64,000 nt of DNA from Myxococcota bacterium (lineage in GTDB: Bacteria > Myxococcota_A > Bradymonadia > UBA7976 > UBA1532): the NCBI GenBank assembly GCA_036337435.1, contig JAYZEG010000010.1, forward strand, positions 1 through 64,000, in the 5' to 3' direction. The notes beneath the pieces were generated by a model. That model had not been told where the DNA came from, made no database searches, and saw nothing but the letters and a program-made list of their open reading frames with translations. The translations under genes and the position numbers were made by a program. How positions within the stretch are numbered: position 1 is the first letter of the stretch; every line of letters begins with the position of its first letter. Shown piece by piece: positions 40,980 through 51,235 of the stretch.

Positions 40980-42356
40980 TTACTCCGACGAGTTTGGCTG
41001 CTTCAAAACGCCTCGATATGTGATTTCACCGGTATTCGAATCAATGAATGTCACGGTGACCGAGTCTGTAATCGGGTCAAAATTAAGGGTCGTGGCTGCC
41101 CAATCGCCCGATGAATATTCGACTTGTTCTGCCTCAAAAAACCTTTCAAATAAAGCCGGGTCAGATGAGGCCAATTCATATCGAGCACTTTTTTTACTGC
41201 CACCCGGGCCGCACAAGATTTCCCAAATGTTTCGCCTTAAACCGGTTTTTTCGACACGCCAAACAGCCCCCATGTGAAAATCACCAGATAGAAACCACAC
41301 ATTACGGATAGGGGAATCCGTAATAAAATTGAGTAGTTCATCACGTTGATCGGGAAACCCTTGCCAACGTTCATTCTCCGCAAACCAGACTGATGGTAGC
41401 TCGGCTATCGGCACAGAGTTTAGGATTACTTTGAAATGACAGTCGCTTTCTGCGAGTGCTGATTTGAGCCAGTTCATTTGCGCAACCGACATATATCGGT
41501 CCTCGGCCGGTGTGCGCTCATGTCGACAATCCAATACGAAAAACTCCGCGGTCTTACCCCATGTGTAGCTTGTCCACAACGAGCCGTTGGATCCACGCTG
41601 AGTCGGTGTTGATTCGAAGAAGGCATCAATCCCGATCTGGCGAATCACCGGATCAATATCCAGAAGTTCGTCATTATTAGCGACCTCATGGTCATCCCAA
41701 GTCTGATAGCTCCCAACCGAGCTCAGCAATTGACGATACTGTTCATTCTTCAATGTCAGGCCCCAAGCGGTCCTGAACTCGTCTCGGGTGGATGCACCAT
41801 CGTTGTAACTCATGTCACCGAGATGGCAGAACAGGTCAAGCGGCAAAGTTGCCAGCGTGAGCAACGATGGAAAAGGCGCCCGTCCAGCAGATGTACATGC
41901 GGTCGCACCGATGAGCAAAGGTCGCAGGGTTTCAGCCCGATCGACGGTTCTAAAGCGACCGATATCGGACCAAGTCTGGGTCTCCGATAGCCAGCCAAAT
42001 CGATAAACTTGTTCTAAAGCCAAATCCGTCACGCGAACTTTGAGATAACCTGACTCGGATTCAACCCATTGATCCAAGACAGCATATTCCGGCCGGTCTT
42101 CCTCTCGCCACACCAACAATCGAGCCGCATCGGAGTCAGCGCAATATCCCCATAAAATCACGCTCGTTCCCGCCATTGAACCCGCTTGGACACCATAGGG
42201 AAATGTCAGTGACCGGCGATCTGGATCATCTGTAAAAGCCGGTAAATCGACGACTGTAGCCGGCCTTTCAGCGTCACACCCGGACGCCGTGGCAACGCTT
42301 GCGACAGCGAGGGTCTTGATAAACCGTCTGCGGTTTAAAACGGATGAGTGTGGCAT
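40980..42356 (-). CDS. phoD: Alkaline phosphatase D family, Tat-exported lipoprotein
   Basis: NRRRFIK Tat motif; FPYGVQAG, HLGDMSYND, WDDHE, LDCR, LSGDFH. Confidence 0.88.
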   Translation of the reverse strand: MPHSSVLNRRRFIKTLAVASVATASGCDAERPATVVDLPAFTDDPDRRSLTFPYGVQAGSMAGTSVILWGYCADSDAARLLVWREEDRPEYAVLDQWVESESGYLKVRVTDLALEQVYRFGWLSETQTWSDIGRFRTVDRAETLRPLLIGATACTSAGRAPFPSLLTLATLPLDLFCHLGDMSYNDGASTRDEFRTAWGLTLKNEQYRQLLSSVGSYQTWDDHEVANNDELLDIDPVIRQIGIDAFFESTPTQRGSNGSLWTSYTWGKTAEFFVLDCRHERTPAEDRYMSVAQMNWLKSALAESDCHFKVILNSVPIAELPSVWFAENERWQGFPDQRDELLNFITDSPIRNVWFLSGDFHMGAVWRVEKTGLRRNIWEILCGPGGSKKSARYELASSDPALFERFFEAEQVEYSSGDWAATTLNFDPITDSVTVTFIDSNTGEITYRGVLKQPNSSE

Positions 42357-42607
42357 CTGCCTACCTTAAGGACGTGTGAAACCGAACTGCGAGGAACCAA
42401 ATAATGCATAACCATACGATACAGATTTCCATCGTAAAAGATCCACCGCGAAGGCAAAGCAGTGGACCTTTACAAAATAAACATCCCAGTGCCCTGGGTG
42501 TTGATATCGAACGGGCTACGCAAACGACGTTTCAATGACAGATCACGGACATCGCAAACGCGAGTTTTCCTTGTCGCAGTGAATTGGATGTGACAGACCA
42601 ATAGTCG

Positions 42608-44599
42608 ATGTTTAAACGTTTTATCAGCTTCGGCATTCTGATCTTGGGTGGGTGTAGCCAAACCCCTCAAATTCATGTCCAAGGCGTACCAGACACGACG
42701 GCAAAGCAGACAGCCACTGGTAACAAAGGGACCAGAGATAGTGCCGTCGACTCAATGCTGCCCCAGGATCCAAAGCCTGAGCCTGCGCCAGAGAAGTGCG
42801 AGAAAATACTGGGACATTGGACTAAATGCTACGAGGGGGGCTGGCTATCCAACACGAAGGTTACGTCAATGACGCAACTGTGCTTCGCGAGCAAGACACG
42901 TGAACCAGCAATTGAGGCGGAGGGTCGACGTTGGCAAGAGACGATTTACAGCGATATTGATGCCGTCAGTGAATGGGACTATGAACGGTGTCAAGTCGCT
43001 GGGCAGTGTCCCAAAAAGCTAGACCAATCTAGGCCGCCTGACATGGTGCCGAATGAGCCTGTTTTAGGCGTTACACAAGCGGGTGCAAATGCCTACTGCA
43101 GTGGACTGGGAAAGCGCCTGCCTACGCCCTCAGAATGGGCTCATCTGGGCGGATGTGGTGATAATGAGTCAACGAGGATCCTTCGGTGCGTCGATGCGGT
43201 TAAACCGGGGAAACTGAAAGCTGATTCACAGAAAAAAACGTATGCACGTCCCTATGCCAAAGCCGTTCGGAATGCTTACCTCTCTCGATTGAAGAAGGCC
43301 GGTACAAAGCAAAAAGGCGATCTGTGTAAACGCGCCTGTCGGAGAGGCGTGCCCTGGTTAGCGTGTGACCCCCATTTCGCAGACCACTACGGCCATCCAC
43401 CTGAGAAAATGGCGACCGGATTTAAAATTGAAGACACCTACAAAGGAAGCGAACGCGTCGAAGCCCTGTTGCGGGGCTATGCCAATGAATTCCCACAGGT
43501 CACCCAACTGAAAACCATCGGCTACTCCAATCAGGGTCGAAGGATTTGGGCACTCCGAATTTTTCGACAGGCTGAAAAGGAAACTGGAAAGCCAGCTGTG
43601 CTCTTAAATGGCGCTCATCATGGAGATGAGCTCTTGGCTGTGGAATATGCAATTGATGCTGCACATTATCTCTTGAGTAATCAGGACAAGCCCCGTGTAC
43701 AGAGGTGGTTGGATAGACTCGACATCTGGATTATTCCGCTGGTTAATCCAGACGGCAATCATCACACCTTATTTCGCTCATGTAAAAATAACATTGGACG
43801 TAAAAACGGTAGAGACATTAATGGAGACGGCCGCTTTACGAGCGGTGAGGGCGTAGATCTAAATCGCAATTATCCCTTTAAGTGGGGCTTTCTAGGCGAA
43901 GTGGGCAGTAAATCAGATTTTCGGCATCACCACTACCGCGGGCAAAACCCGGGGTCGGAGCCAGAGACAAAGGCTCTTATTGAACTGGCGAAGACCCATC
44001 GGTTCGTTACGGCTTTTTCATGGCACACCAACGGTAAACTGATCTTGTCGCCGTACACCATTCGCAAAGTAAAGAACATCGCACCTGATTTAGCATGGAC
44101 GGCAGCTGAAAAACTCCAGTCAGCCATGACACAGAAAAAGTCACTGCGGTTTCGCGTACAGAAAGACATGTATCCGGTCGATGGGGTCGACCAAGATTGG
44201 CATTTCAATGCCAACGGGACGCTCGCCTATATCATTGAGGGTACACATCACAACCCGCAACGAATGCGGACACGTAGGCTGTCTATCGAAACGTCCCGGC
44301 CCCTCTTTTCGGCACTGCTCGACTATACGCTCGATGCGCCTCGTGTCAGTGGCCGTATCGTCGACGGGCAAAAGCGACCACTTGATGCTGTGGTGATGGT
44401 AGACAAAGTTCGTTTCTACGAAGGGGAAACGTGGCGAACCCGAGCGCGCGACGGCCGCTTCGACCGCTTCGTGCCAGCTGCAGGCGTGTTTCGGGTGACG
44501 GTGTCAAAGCCGGGCTATACGACGCGATCCGTCGCCATAACAACAGGCCTGAAGGCAGAAGACACTGTCATCCAATTAGACCGCACGCCGGACCCCTAA
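42608..44599 (+). CDS. M14 zinc carboxypeptidase lipoprotein with an N-terminal FGE-sulfatase-like fragment and a C-terminal CarboxypepD_reg domain
   Basis: HHGDE, VNPDG, GVDLNRNY, SEPET, SWH; AYCSGLGKRLPTPSEW. Confidence 0.88.
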   Translation: MFKRFISFGILILGGCSQTPQIHVQGVPDTTAKQTATGNKGTRDSAVDSMLPQDPKPEPAPEKCEKILGHWTKCYEGGWLSNTKVTSMTQLCFASKTREPAIEAEGRRWQETIYSDIDAVSEWDYERCQVAGQCPKKLDQSRPPDMVPNEPVLGVTQAGANAYCSGLGKRLPTPSEWAHLGGCGDNESTRILRCVDAVKPGKLKADSQKKTYARPYAKAVRNAYLSRLKKAGTKQKGDLCKRACRRGVPWLACDPHFADHYGHPPEKMATGFKIEDTYKGSERVEALLRGYANEFPQVTQLKTIGYSNQGRRIWALRIFRQAEKETGKPAVLLNGAHHGDELLAVEYAIDAAHYLLSNQDKPRVQRWLDRLDIWIIPLVNPDGNHHTLFRSCKNNIGRKNGRDINGDGRFTSGEGVDLNRNYPFKWGFLGEVGSKSDFRHHHYRGQNPGSEPETKALIELAKTHRFVTAFSWHTNGKLILSPYTIRKVKNIAPDLAWTAAEKLQSAMTQKKSLRFRVQKDMYPVDGVDQDWHFNANGTLAYIIEGTHHNPQRMRTRRLSIETSRPLFSALLDYTLDAPRVSGRIVDGQKRPLDAVVMVDKVRFYEGETWRTRARDGRFDRFVPAAGVFRVTVSKPGYTTRSVAITTGLKAEDTVIQLDRTPDP

Positions 44600-45049
44600 T
44601 CATGCTCCGTCAGCGCCCACTTCCATGGGCGCAATTCGACACTGCCCATCGGGTTCACAAACCCCGCCCCGCGACTTAAAACGCCATCTTGCAAACAGGA
44701 CGTATCCCCAATCGAGAATCCGCCTCAGACCAGGGACCCGCGAGAGCGGAACGAGGGGTCTAAAGAGCGTTCGTGCATACAACTGCCGAAAGACCTCAAC
44801 GCCCTCAACCAACTCTCCGTTGGACAACCGGCCGTGGATGCGCAGCATAATCTCTGCGTACGTCAAACCGGTTTCTTTCTCCGAGTCGAAGTCACGTGTA
44901 GAAATGTCTGTGAAAATCAGTCGCGATTGGCGGTCGAGCCGCCGCAAAAGATTGATTTCGGCGGTACAAAGACGGCATCCGCCGTCGTAGTAGACCTCAA
45001 AGGGGGTGCTGTAGTCGGGCCGCTGGACCGGAACCGTATTCTGAGTCAT
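44600..45049 (-). CDS. DUF393/DCC family thiol-disulfide oxidoreductase
   Basis: YYDGGCRLC, FTDIS, GVEVF, YVLFARWR. Confidence 0.9.
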   Translation of the reverse strand: MTQNTVPVQRPDYSTPFEVYYDGGCRLCTAEINLLRRLDRQSRLIFTDISTRDFDSEKETGLTYAEIMLRIHGRLSNGELVEGVEVFRQLYARTLFRPLVPLSRVPGLRRILDWGYVLFARWRFKSRGGVCEPDGQCRIAPMEVGADGA

Positions 45050-45506
45050 ATGCTAAAGCTCCTTCGTTGTAATGACGACAGAGCTCGGTGGGAGGTTACG
45101 GACAACCCGGGTGGACCAATGGGAGTTTTGTTCAGATACGGAAGCATTGAAATCGATGGTCTCGGCTGATGGGGGAACATGAGAAGAAACGGATTCTTAC
45201 AGATGCCGCTTTCAATCAACTCTTCAATAAATGCATCAAGCAATGTTTTCTCCGAAGGTTATCACCAAATCATTGAGGTGGCCCGATCGCCCAGCCCCTC
45301 GGTAATTTCGTCCCGACAAAACAGCAGTTTTACAAATGGTTGACGTCGCTTCGAGCAGGCTGGCGGTCGCGATGAGTGTCCCCAAATTGAACAAACCTAT
45401 GGAACATACCCATTTAAAAGTAATTAATTACAGCTATTTAAAACTTTTCTGAGAAAAAACTACCGTTCGTATGGTTTTTCACAATCTGAAGTGATAGTAT
45501 GCCGCC

Positions 45507-45617
45507 ACATAACGACTCGGACATCTGTTTCGGTTCGTCGCTGCTTTCTCGTACCCCCCCATTCCCCTACACGAGAGAGCGGTTGACCGCTCCCTGCCCC
45601 GGGAGCGGTTTTTTTTT
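45507..45617 (+). ncRNA. Candidate sRNA: weak 5' hairpin, 13-bp hairpin with C-rich loop, intrinsic terminator
   Basis: Extended -10 TGATAGTAT at 45492-45500; stem GCTGCTTTCTCGT/ACGAGAGAGCGGT around loop ACCCCCCCATTCCCCTAC; no + strand CDS to explain the terminator. Confidence 0.6.
45586..45617 (+). terminator. Rho-independent terminator
   Basis: ACCGCTCCC-TGCCCC-GGGAGCGGT followed by a T run. Confidence 0.85.
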
Positions 45618-45705
45618 CTCAAAACTGCCTTTGGTAGCCATATAGGATGGATAGGCAGGTCGCCCTGAACCGATAACAACTCAGACATCGAGGTGGATAA
45701 AGACG

Positions 45706-46190
45706 GTGACCCAAGTCGGAGTATTCATGCCGAAGGGTGTTTACAACACAATGTGGAATGAATCGATCACACGCATCGATGCCCAAGGCGTATTCAATCA
45801 TCAAAGGGTGCTGCGATTCACCGTTCCAGGCGCATTTGCGCCTGGCTGCACGCAAGAACATCGACCCGATCATGTGCGAACAGCAAATGAGATTTACAAA
45901 AACGAGTTTGGCATCATCGCATCATTGACTGTCGATGATGCCTGGACCATAAATTCTTGGGTACAGCTTACCAATGCAAAGGGTCCAATACGAACGCGTT
46001 CCAATGGCAGTCACGACGATGAAAGTAAAAGAGACATGTAAACTTGGCTTGGAATCTGTTCTCACACGGATAAATATGAGTGTCCGATGCAGGCGGTACT
46101 CAGTGGTCACCAAAGAAGGTGTTGCCAAACGCATCTACGAGGACAAGCGAATGAGTGAATTCATTGGGGCTCGTAACACGTTAGCCTTTC
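45706..46190 (+). pseudogene. Frameshifted, degenerate peroxiredoxin-5 (Redoxin) gene
   Basis: Frame A: VPGAFAPGCTQEH...TVDDAW..NSW. Frame B: KLGLE...MSVRCRRYSVVTKEGV. The two halves of Prx5 are split near 46015-46040; end coordinate approximate. Confidence 0.75.
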
Positions 46191-46278
46191 CATCGGGCAA
46201 TAGACCTGACACTCCATCGCAGGGTCAAACAACGATTACAGCCAACTGACTGACTTAATTAGATAGGGAGATGAGGTC

Positions 46279-46920
46279 ATGAATCCGATGGCATACCTGA
46301 TTACAGGACTTCTCTTTGGCTGTGGGGCCAGTGTCTCTAAGTCGACAAAATCATCCAATAAATCGCCAAATATCCAAGAGAGCACGCGGCTACTTTCCCA
46401 TGCAGATATGGACGATGAGGAGGCGATGCTCGATGAAGGCGACAGCGACCATTTGTTCATTCCCGATCCAATTCGGGCAGACCGTAGCAAAATAAGGTGT
46501 ACTAAAAGCTCCAAATCAGACTTAGAGACCGTCCAATGGGGCCACTTATTGGCCTTCGACACCAGTGGCTGCGCTGTCGTTGATGTTGGGTTGGACGCCA
46601 AGGGGATCCCCGTCCTGGTTAAAAATAAGCGAGACCTTTTGAGACTGACAAACTGTGAGCAAGTCAGACCCCAACCAGAGATCCTGGTTGACTTCAAAAC
46701 GCAGCAAGTGCTCGTGATTGAGGGACTGCATAGCAAGATGGCCTCGGAGCCTCTCGATGCCTGGTTAATGTACACGCAGAAAACCCTTCGAATCGGTTTG
46801 GTCTTCGACTGGCAATCAAGCGAAGAAACTCGACTGTATCGTGCGATTGTCATTGCACCACGTCGCACGACTCGCATCGAAACAGACCTCTGCTACGCCC
46901 CGACAATAGAGTCTAATTAA
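46279..46920 (+). CDS. Hypothetical lipoprotein
   Basis: GAGG RBS; lipobox LFGC. Confidence 0.65.
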   Translation: MNPMAYLITGLLFGCGASVSKSTKSSNKSPNIQESTRLLSHADMDDEEAMLDEGDSDHLFIPDPIRADRSKIRCTKSSKSDLETVQWGHLLAFDTSGCAVVDVGLDAKGIPVLVKNKRDLLRLTNCEQVRPQPEILVDFKTQQVLVIEGLHSKMASEPLDAWLMYTQKTLRIGLVFDWQSSEETRLYRAIVIAPRRTTRIETDLCYAPTIESN

Positions 46921-47152
46921 CGCCTGTCATTTTAAATTTCGAGCAGCCCGTCTCGCCCACGATAAAAGTCAGCATGGACCGTGTTAGCCGAGAAAACACG
47001 ATGTGCCATCGCGTCAACCGGAGAGAGAGCAGCCAGTCGTCAGTCTGGCAAAAAATTGGTCACAAACTCCGTTTTAATCACTCGAATCTTTCGGGGGAAA
47101 CAGACTCCAAAAAGCTGCGAGTCAAAACATGGCTAAGTCGGTAATTTGGGCA

Positions 47153-48046
47153 TCACTTGAGCTCGAAGAGCAAGAAGTTCCCTTCGCCCGCATCCTGAGC
47201 CATTATTGTATGTTCATAACGAGTACTGGATAAGAAAGACATAGATGTCACAAGGCCACGCCAAAATGGGTTTCGCATCGTGCCATCGCCCCTGAATGCA
47301 ATGGCTGCAACGCTGAGATGACGACCCGATACGTCGATCAAAGCTCCCCTAAACACATTGCCTATTTCTCGTAAGGTATTCTGTTCGTCGGGATTAAATC
47401 GTCGATTCGTTTGAACCTGATTGACCGATGCGCCAGGCCGTAAGCAGCGGATGAGCATGTGTGCCAAATTAAAGTCGAGTCCAATGACGAAGTTGATCTC
47501 CTCGTCTGCATCGGCATAGGCAATGGCAGCACCGACAGACCCGTCAAATCTAAATCCGTCACTCTCAATGAGTGACAGACGCCGGTCCACCATGGCACCA
47601 AAAGCCTTTATACAGTGACCGGCTAGTGAGAATTGCGACCCGTCTGACGAGTTCGTTTCCGCAGGGGGACGAGGTAGATCCAAGGCAATGTGAATTGCCT
47701 TTTTGATTTCCGCTGGCGAAAATGGCTTGGTAACGACGAACGCTGCCCCAGCCCGAAGTGCCTCCATACGTTGGTCATCACTGGCATTTCCCGTAACCAT
47801 GCCAACGGGTACTTGGGCTCCGTTTCGAACGAAGGCGCGTAAGAGCTCGAGTCCCGATATGCCAGGCATGGCCCAATCAGTAATGACAAGATGTGGTCGA
47901 ACCTGGCGAAAGATCGGCACCGCTTGTCGAGCATCCCTCGCCTCATAGAACGTTGTCCGCCAGCCAAAAGAACGGATGGTTCTGACCAAAACCGCACGCA
48001 TTGCCGCGCTGTCATCAACAACCAGAATTCGGAGTGTATCAATCAA
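47153..48046 (-). CDS. Response regulator with a C-terminal CheC/CheX-like domain
   Basis: ILVVDDS, ITDWAMPGISG, VTKPF; C-terminal LREIGNV (ExxN). Confidence 0.85.
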   Translation of the reverse strand: MIDTLRILVVDDSAAMRAVLVRTIRSFGWRTTFYEARDARQAVPIFRQVRPHLVITDWAMPGISGLELLRAFVRNGAQVPVGMVTGNASDDQRMEALRAGAAFVVTKPFSPAEIKKAIHIALDLPRPPAETNSSDGSQFSLAGHCIKAFGAMVDRRLSLIESDGFRFDGSVGAAIAYADADEEINFVIGLDFNLAHMLIRCLRPGASVNQVQTNRRFNPDEQNTLREIGNVFRGALIDVSGRHLSVAAIAFRGDGTMRNPFWRGLVTSMSFLSSTRYEHTIMAQDAGEGNFLLFELK

Positions 48047-48375
48047 GCAATCGGACTTTCTTTTGAAATGAACAATTCATGCTCTCGTCAGTTTAAATCG
48101 GCTGTATTTCATGTCGACCCTCACCGAAAAAGATGGATCACGTAAGAGGCGACGGTCTTCGATCATATCACAAACGTCAAAACAATCGCTGCTCCGGTTG
48201 AGTCGTTTAGCACAGGTAAAGCGAACACGGCCAAGTCTAACCCTTAATCAGTCAGCGAGGGGAACAAAATTGACGTAGGGCCGTTGTTAAACCTACTCTG
48301 GCCGAGAGGGTCATCGCCAAAGCTGCATGAGTGCAAACCAAACGTAGCCGATTGGCCCGTACCTAAGGACCGATT

Positions 48376-50322
48376 ATGACGGCGATTGAAATCCTGGCCT
48401 CTCGAAAGCTACTGGACGAACTCGAACCATTTCATTTGATTTGGTGCAAATCAGGGCCACTCGAACACATCTCTGAAAAGGCCCGGGCGTATTTTGAATG
48501 CGCTTCAACCAGCAATGAATCCACCGGCACAATCGTTTATCTGCTCCATCCATTCCACGCAGTGATGACACTAGAGATCATGAAAGGCCTAGGCCAATCG
48601 ACCATCAAGATTAGCCATCAGCCCAAAGGATCACGGGTTCTTTCGGGTCGACTTCTAGACAGTGAAGGTGTGGGAGGCTGGCTCTTTGTCGGCACACCCG
48701 AGAACGTGGATGACCAAATGGACAGCACGCAGACGGACAAAGCTGTGCGCCCGGATGGCGTACAAAACAGCTCGAAACAAGTCCGATGGAGCCACAGCGA
48801 GAGTGACTTTGATGTGGTGTCAGACTTGAGTCCACACAGTGAACGTCAAGGCCGGGACGATAAGCGACCCGTATACAATGCACCCCTGAGCCAACTCGAA
48901 CTCGAGAGTACACTGGGTGAACTGAAGCGAACGCAGGCCACGCTGGTACAGCAGGAGCGATTGAAGGCGGTCGGCGAGATGGTTCGAGGGATTGCCCACG
49001 ACTTCAGCAATATACTGACTCCGATTTCTGCGTATTCATGGTTGCTCAAATCTCACCCAGAGGTATCCCCTGCTGAACGGGACGAATATGTTGACTTGAT
49101 CATGACAGCCACCAAGGATGCCCATGCTTTGATCGAACGACTTCGGCGCCTCTATAATCCAGCCAGTTCGTCTGCCACATACTCGTCTTTCGATATCAAC
49201 GGTCTCATCAAAGAAACGCTGCGTTTAGCTGAACCAAGATGGGCTGACCAATTGGGAGCAGAATCACAGTCGGTTGAGATTGTTGAGTCTCTACAGTCCG
49301 TGGGATTGATGACGGCGGTCGAAAGTGACATTCGTCAAGCCCTACTCAATCTTCTGTACAATGCGGCAGATGCCATCAAGAAAAACGGTGTGATTGCGGT
49401 GGAAAGTATCTCGGATGAGCAACGGATATGGATCTCAATCTGTGACGATGGGTCCGGAATGAATCCTGAGGTTCTTGAAACATGTGCGACCCCGTTTTTC
49501 ACGACCAAGGGTGACGCCGGAACCGGCTTAGGTCTGCCGATGGTCTTCGAGACGGCAGTGCGGCACGGCGGGGACGTACGGATTGAGTCAGAGCTGGGTC
49601 ATGGCACACGCGTCACACTCTGTTTACCCAGGCAACCGCTAGAAAATGGAGCGAGTGAAATCCATGCGACATCGACAGCCATCGCTGCGAGGCTTGTGAC
49701 CCGGGTTGGACTCGACGCCGGTGCGCTAGCCACACCCATTGGCCAAGGCGATGGTGAACATCATATGAGTGACAGTGACGTACTTGACGCCCTTTTCGAG
49801 GCTGCACTCGATCCGAATATGGTGACTCAAGAGGTCATGTATCCACCAGGCGCGTTCGCTTTGGAACAAACCGCCTCCATGGACGTTCAGAGCAGCACAA
49901 AGCCAAAAACTTCAGACCCATCAGAGCAACAGGCACTCAAGTCGGATGATACGCTCCACATTCTCGTCGTCGATGATGATGAGGCCATCCTCAACGTCCT
50001 CAGTCGAATCATCGATACCCATGGCCATACGAGTTACACAGCTGAAAATGGCTCGCAGGCTCTCGTACTCGCTGACCGCTTGGATTTTGACCTGGTGATT
50101 TGTGACTTGGACATGCCTGGCATGAAGGGAGACCAGCTTTGCCTGTCTTTAAAGCAACTATCTCCCAGGGCCAAGCTCATCATGTTTACTGGAAATCCCG
50201 ACGGCATAGTCCCAGATGCTCGACATATCTTGGACGCGATAGTGACCAAACCAAACTCTCCCGTCGATGTACTTATGGCCGGCATTGACTTGGTATACTC
50301 CGGACGTAACACGTCGAATTAA
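48376..50322 (+). CDS. Hybrid sensor histidine kinase/response regulator with an N-terminal H-NOBA/PAS-like domain
   Basis: GIAHDFSN H-box, NLLYNAADA, DDGSG, FFTTK, GTGLGL; REC ILVVDDD/CDLDMPG; N-terminal PFHLIW..LLHP..LSGRL..LFVGTP. Confidence 0.9.
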   Translation: MTAIEILASRKLLDELEPFHLIWCKSGPLEHISEKARAYFECASTSNESTGTIVYLLHPFHAVMTLEIMKGLGQSTIKISHQPKGSRVLSGRLLDSEGVGGWLFVGTPENVDDQMDSTQTDKAVRPDGVQNSSKQVRWSHSESDFDVVSDLSPHSERQGRDDKRPVYNAPLSQLELESTLGELKRTQATLVQQERLKAVGEMVRGIAHDFSNILTPISAYSWLLKSHPEVSPAERDEYVDLIMTATKDAHALIERLRRLYNPASSSATYSSFDINGLIKETLRLAEPRWADQLGAESQSVEIVESLQSVGLMTAVESDIRQALLNLLYNAADAIKKNGVIAVESISDEQRIWISICDDGSGMNPEVLETCATPFFTTKGDAGTGLGLPMVFETAVRHGGDVRIESELGHGTRVTLCLPRQPLENGASEIHATSTAIAARLVTRVGLDAGALATPIGQGDGEHHMSDSDVLDALFEAALDPNMVTQEVMYPPGAFALEQTASMDVQSSTKPKTSDPSEQQALKSDDTLHILVVDDDEAILNVLSRIIDTHGHTSYTAENGSQALVLADRLDFDLVICDLDMPGMKGDQLCLSLKQLSPRAKLIMFTGNPDGIVPDARHILDAIVTKPNSPVDVLMAGIDLVYSGRNTSN

Positions 50323-50327
50323 AGCCT

Positions 50328-51158
50328 TCACACGTCCTTAAACCACGGACTGGTCGAACCATAAACAGCCTGCTCTACAGACTGGTATATGTCCGGATTC
50401 AGGGCCGCAAATTGCTGTATGACCGTTTTGATGTCACGCCGTTTTGCTCGGGGAAAAGTATCACATACGGGACATGCAACAGCACCAATGCCCGACGTCG
50501 AAAGCCAGCTTCGAATCTTACGTTCATCGACGAAAAGCAGTGGGCGAATGGTCAACGTTGGAGACGCTGAGGCCGGTGTCATAGCCTTCAAAGGATCTAA
50601 TCGTCGTCCAAATAATAAGTTGAGAAAAAATGTCTCCAGGGCGTCATCCAGGTGGTGCCCGAGCGCGAGCTTGTTATAGCCGTTTTCAGCACACCAATCG
50701 TTCAATATGCCGCGTCGCATGCGACTACAGATCGAACAGGGAATCTGGCCCGGCTTTAGCTTCTGTTCAACCACCGACCAAGTGTCTCGATCGATGATTT
50801 CACACTCGACATCAAGTCGTTTCAGGCTGCGTTCAAAAGTGACATGATCGAACCCGGGTTGACCCTGGTCGAGATGGATGACCTGAAAATCGAAGCTCAA
50901 ATCATGTCGCAGCATCAACTGCTTGAAGACACTGATGAGCAACAATGAGTCTTTACCACCAGAACAGCCAACCGCAACGCGGTCACCATTTTTGATTAAG
51001 TCAAACTTGTGAATGGCATGTTCGACAGAGCGCATAATTGCTTTGGACGGGGTATCCGACGACGCAATGGACGGTTGAGGATCAGCCGCGTCTCTCAACT
51101 GGACTAATTCCGGTTCGGATACCGAGGTTAATGGTCCTAAATCTGACATCGTATACAC
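50328..51158 (-). CDS. ttcA: tRNA 2-thiocytidine(32) synthetase
   Basis: SGGKDS PP-loop, LDQGQPGF, CSICSRMRRG, LGHHLDD, IRPL, CPVC. Confidence 0.9.
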   Translation of the reverse strand: MYTMSDLGPLTSVSEPELVQLRDAADPQPSIASSDTPSKAIMRSVEHAIHKFDLIKNGDRVAVGCSGGKDSLLLISVFKQLMLRHDLSFDFQVIHLDQGQPGFDHVTFERSLKRLDVECEIIDRDTWSVVEQKLKPGQIPCSICSRMRRGILNDWCAENGYNKLALGHHLDDALETFFLNLLFGRRLDPLKAMTPASASPTLTIRPLLFVDERKIRSWLSTSGIGAVACPVCDTFPRAKRRDIKTVIQQFAALNPDIYQSVEQAVYGSTSPWFKDV

Positions 51159-51235
51159 CCAGAAAAATCACATCTCGTGTGATCTACTAGCAAAAACTGA
51201 GAACGCTTTCCACGGGTCGGTGCCAGAGTTGCTGC

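Noticed and set aside
45046..45243. 65-aa ORF upstream of the DCC gene
   Set aside because: No recognisable motif or protein-like features; cannot be supported
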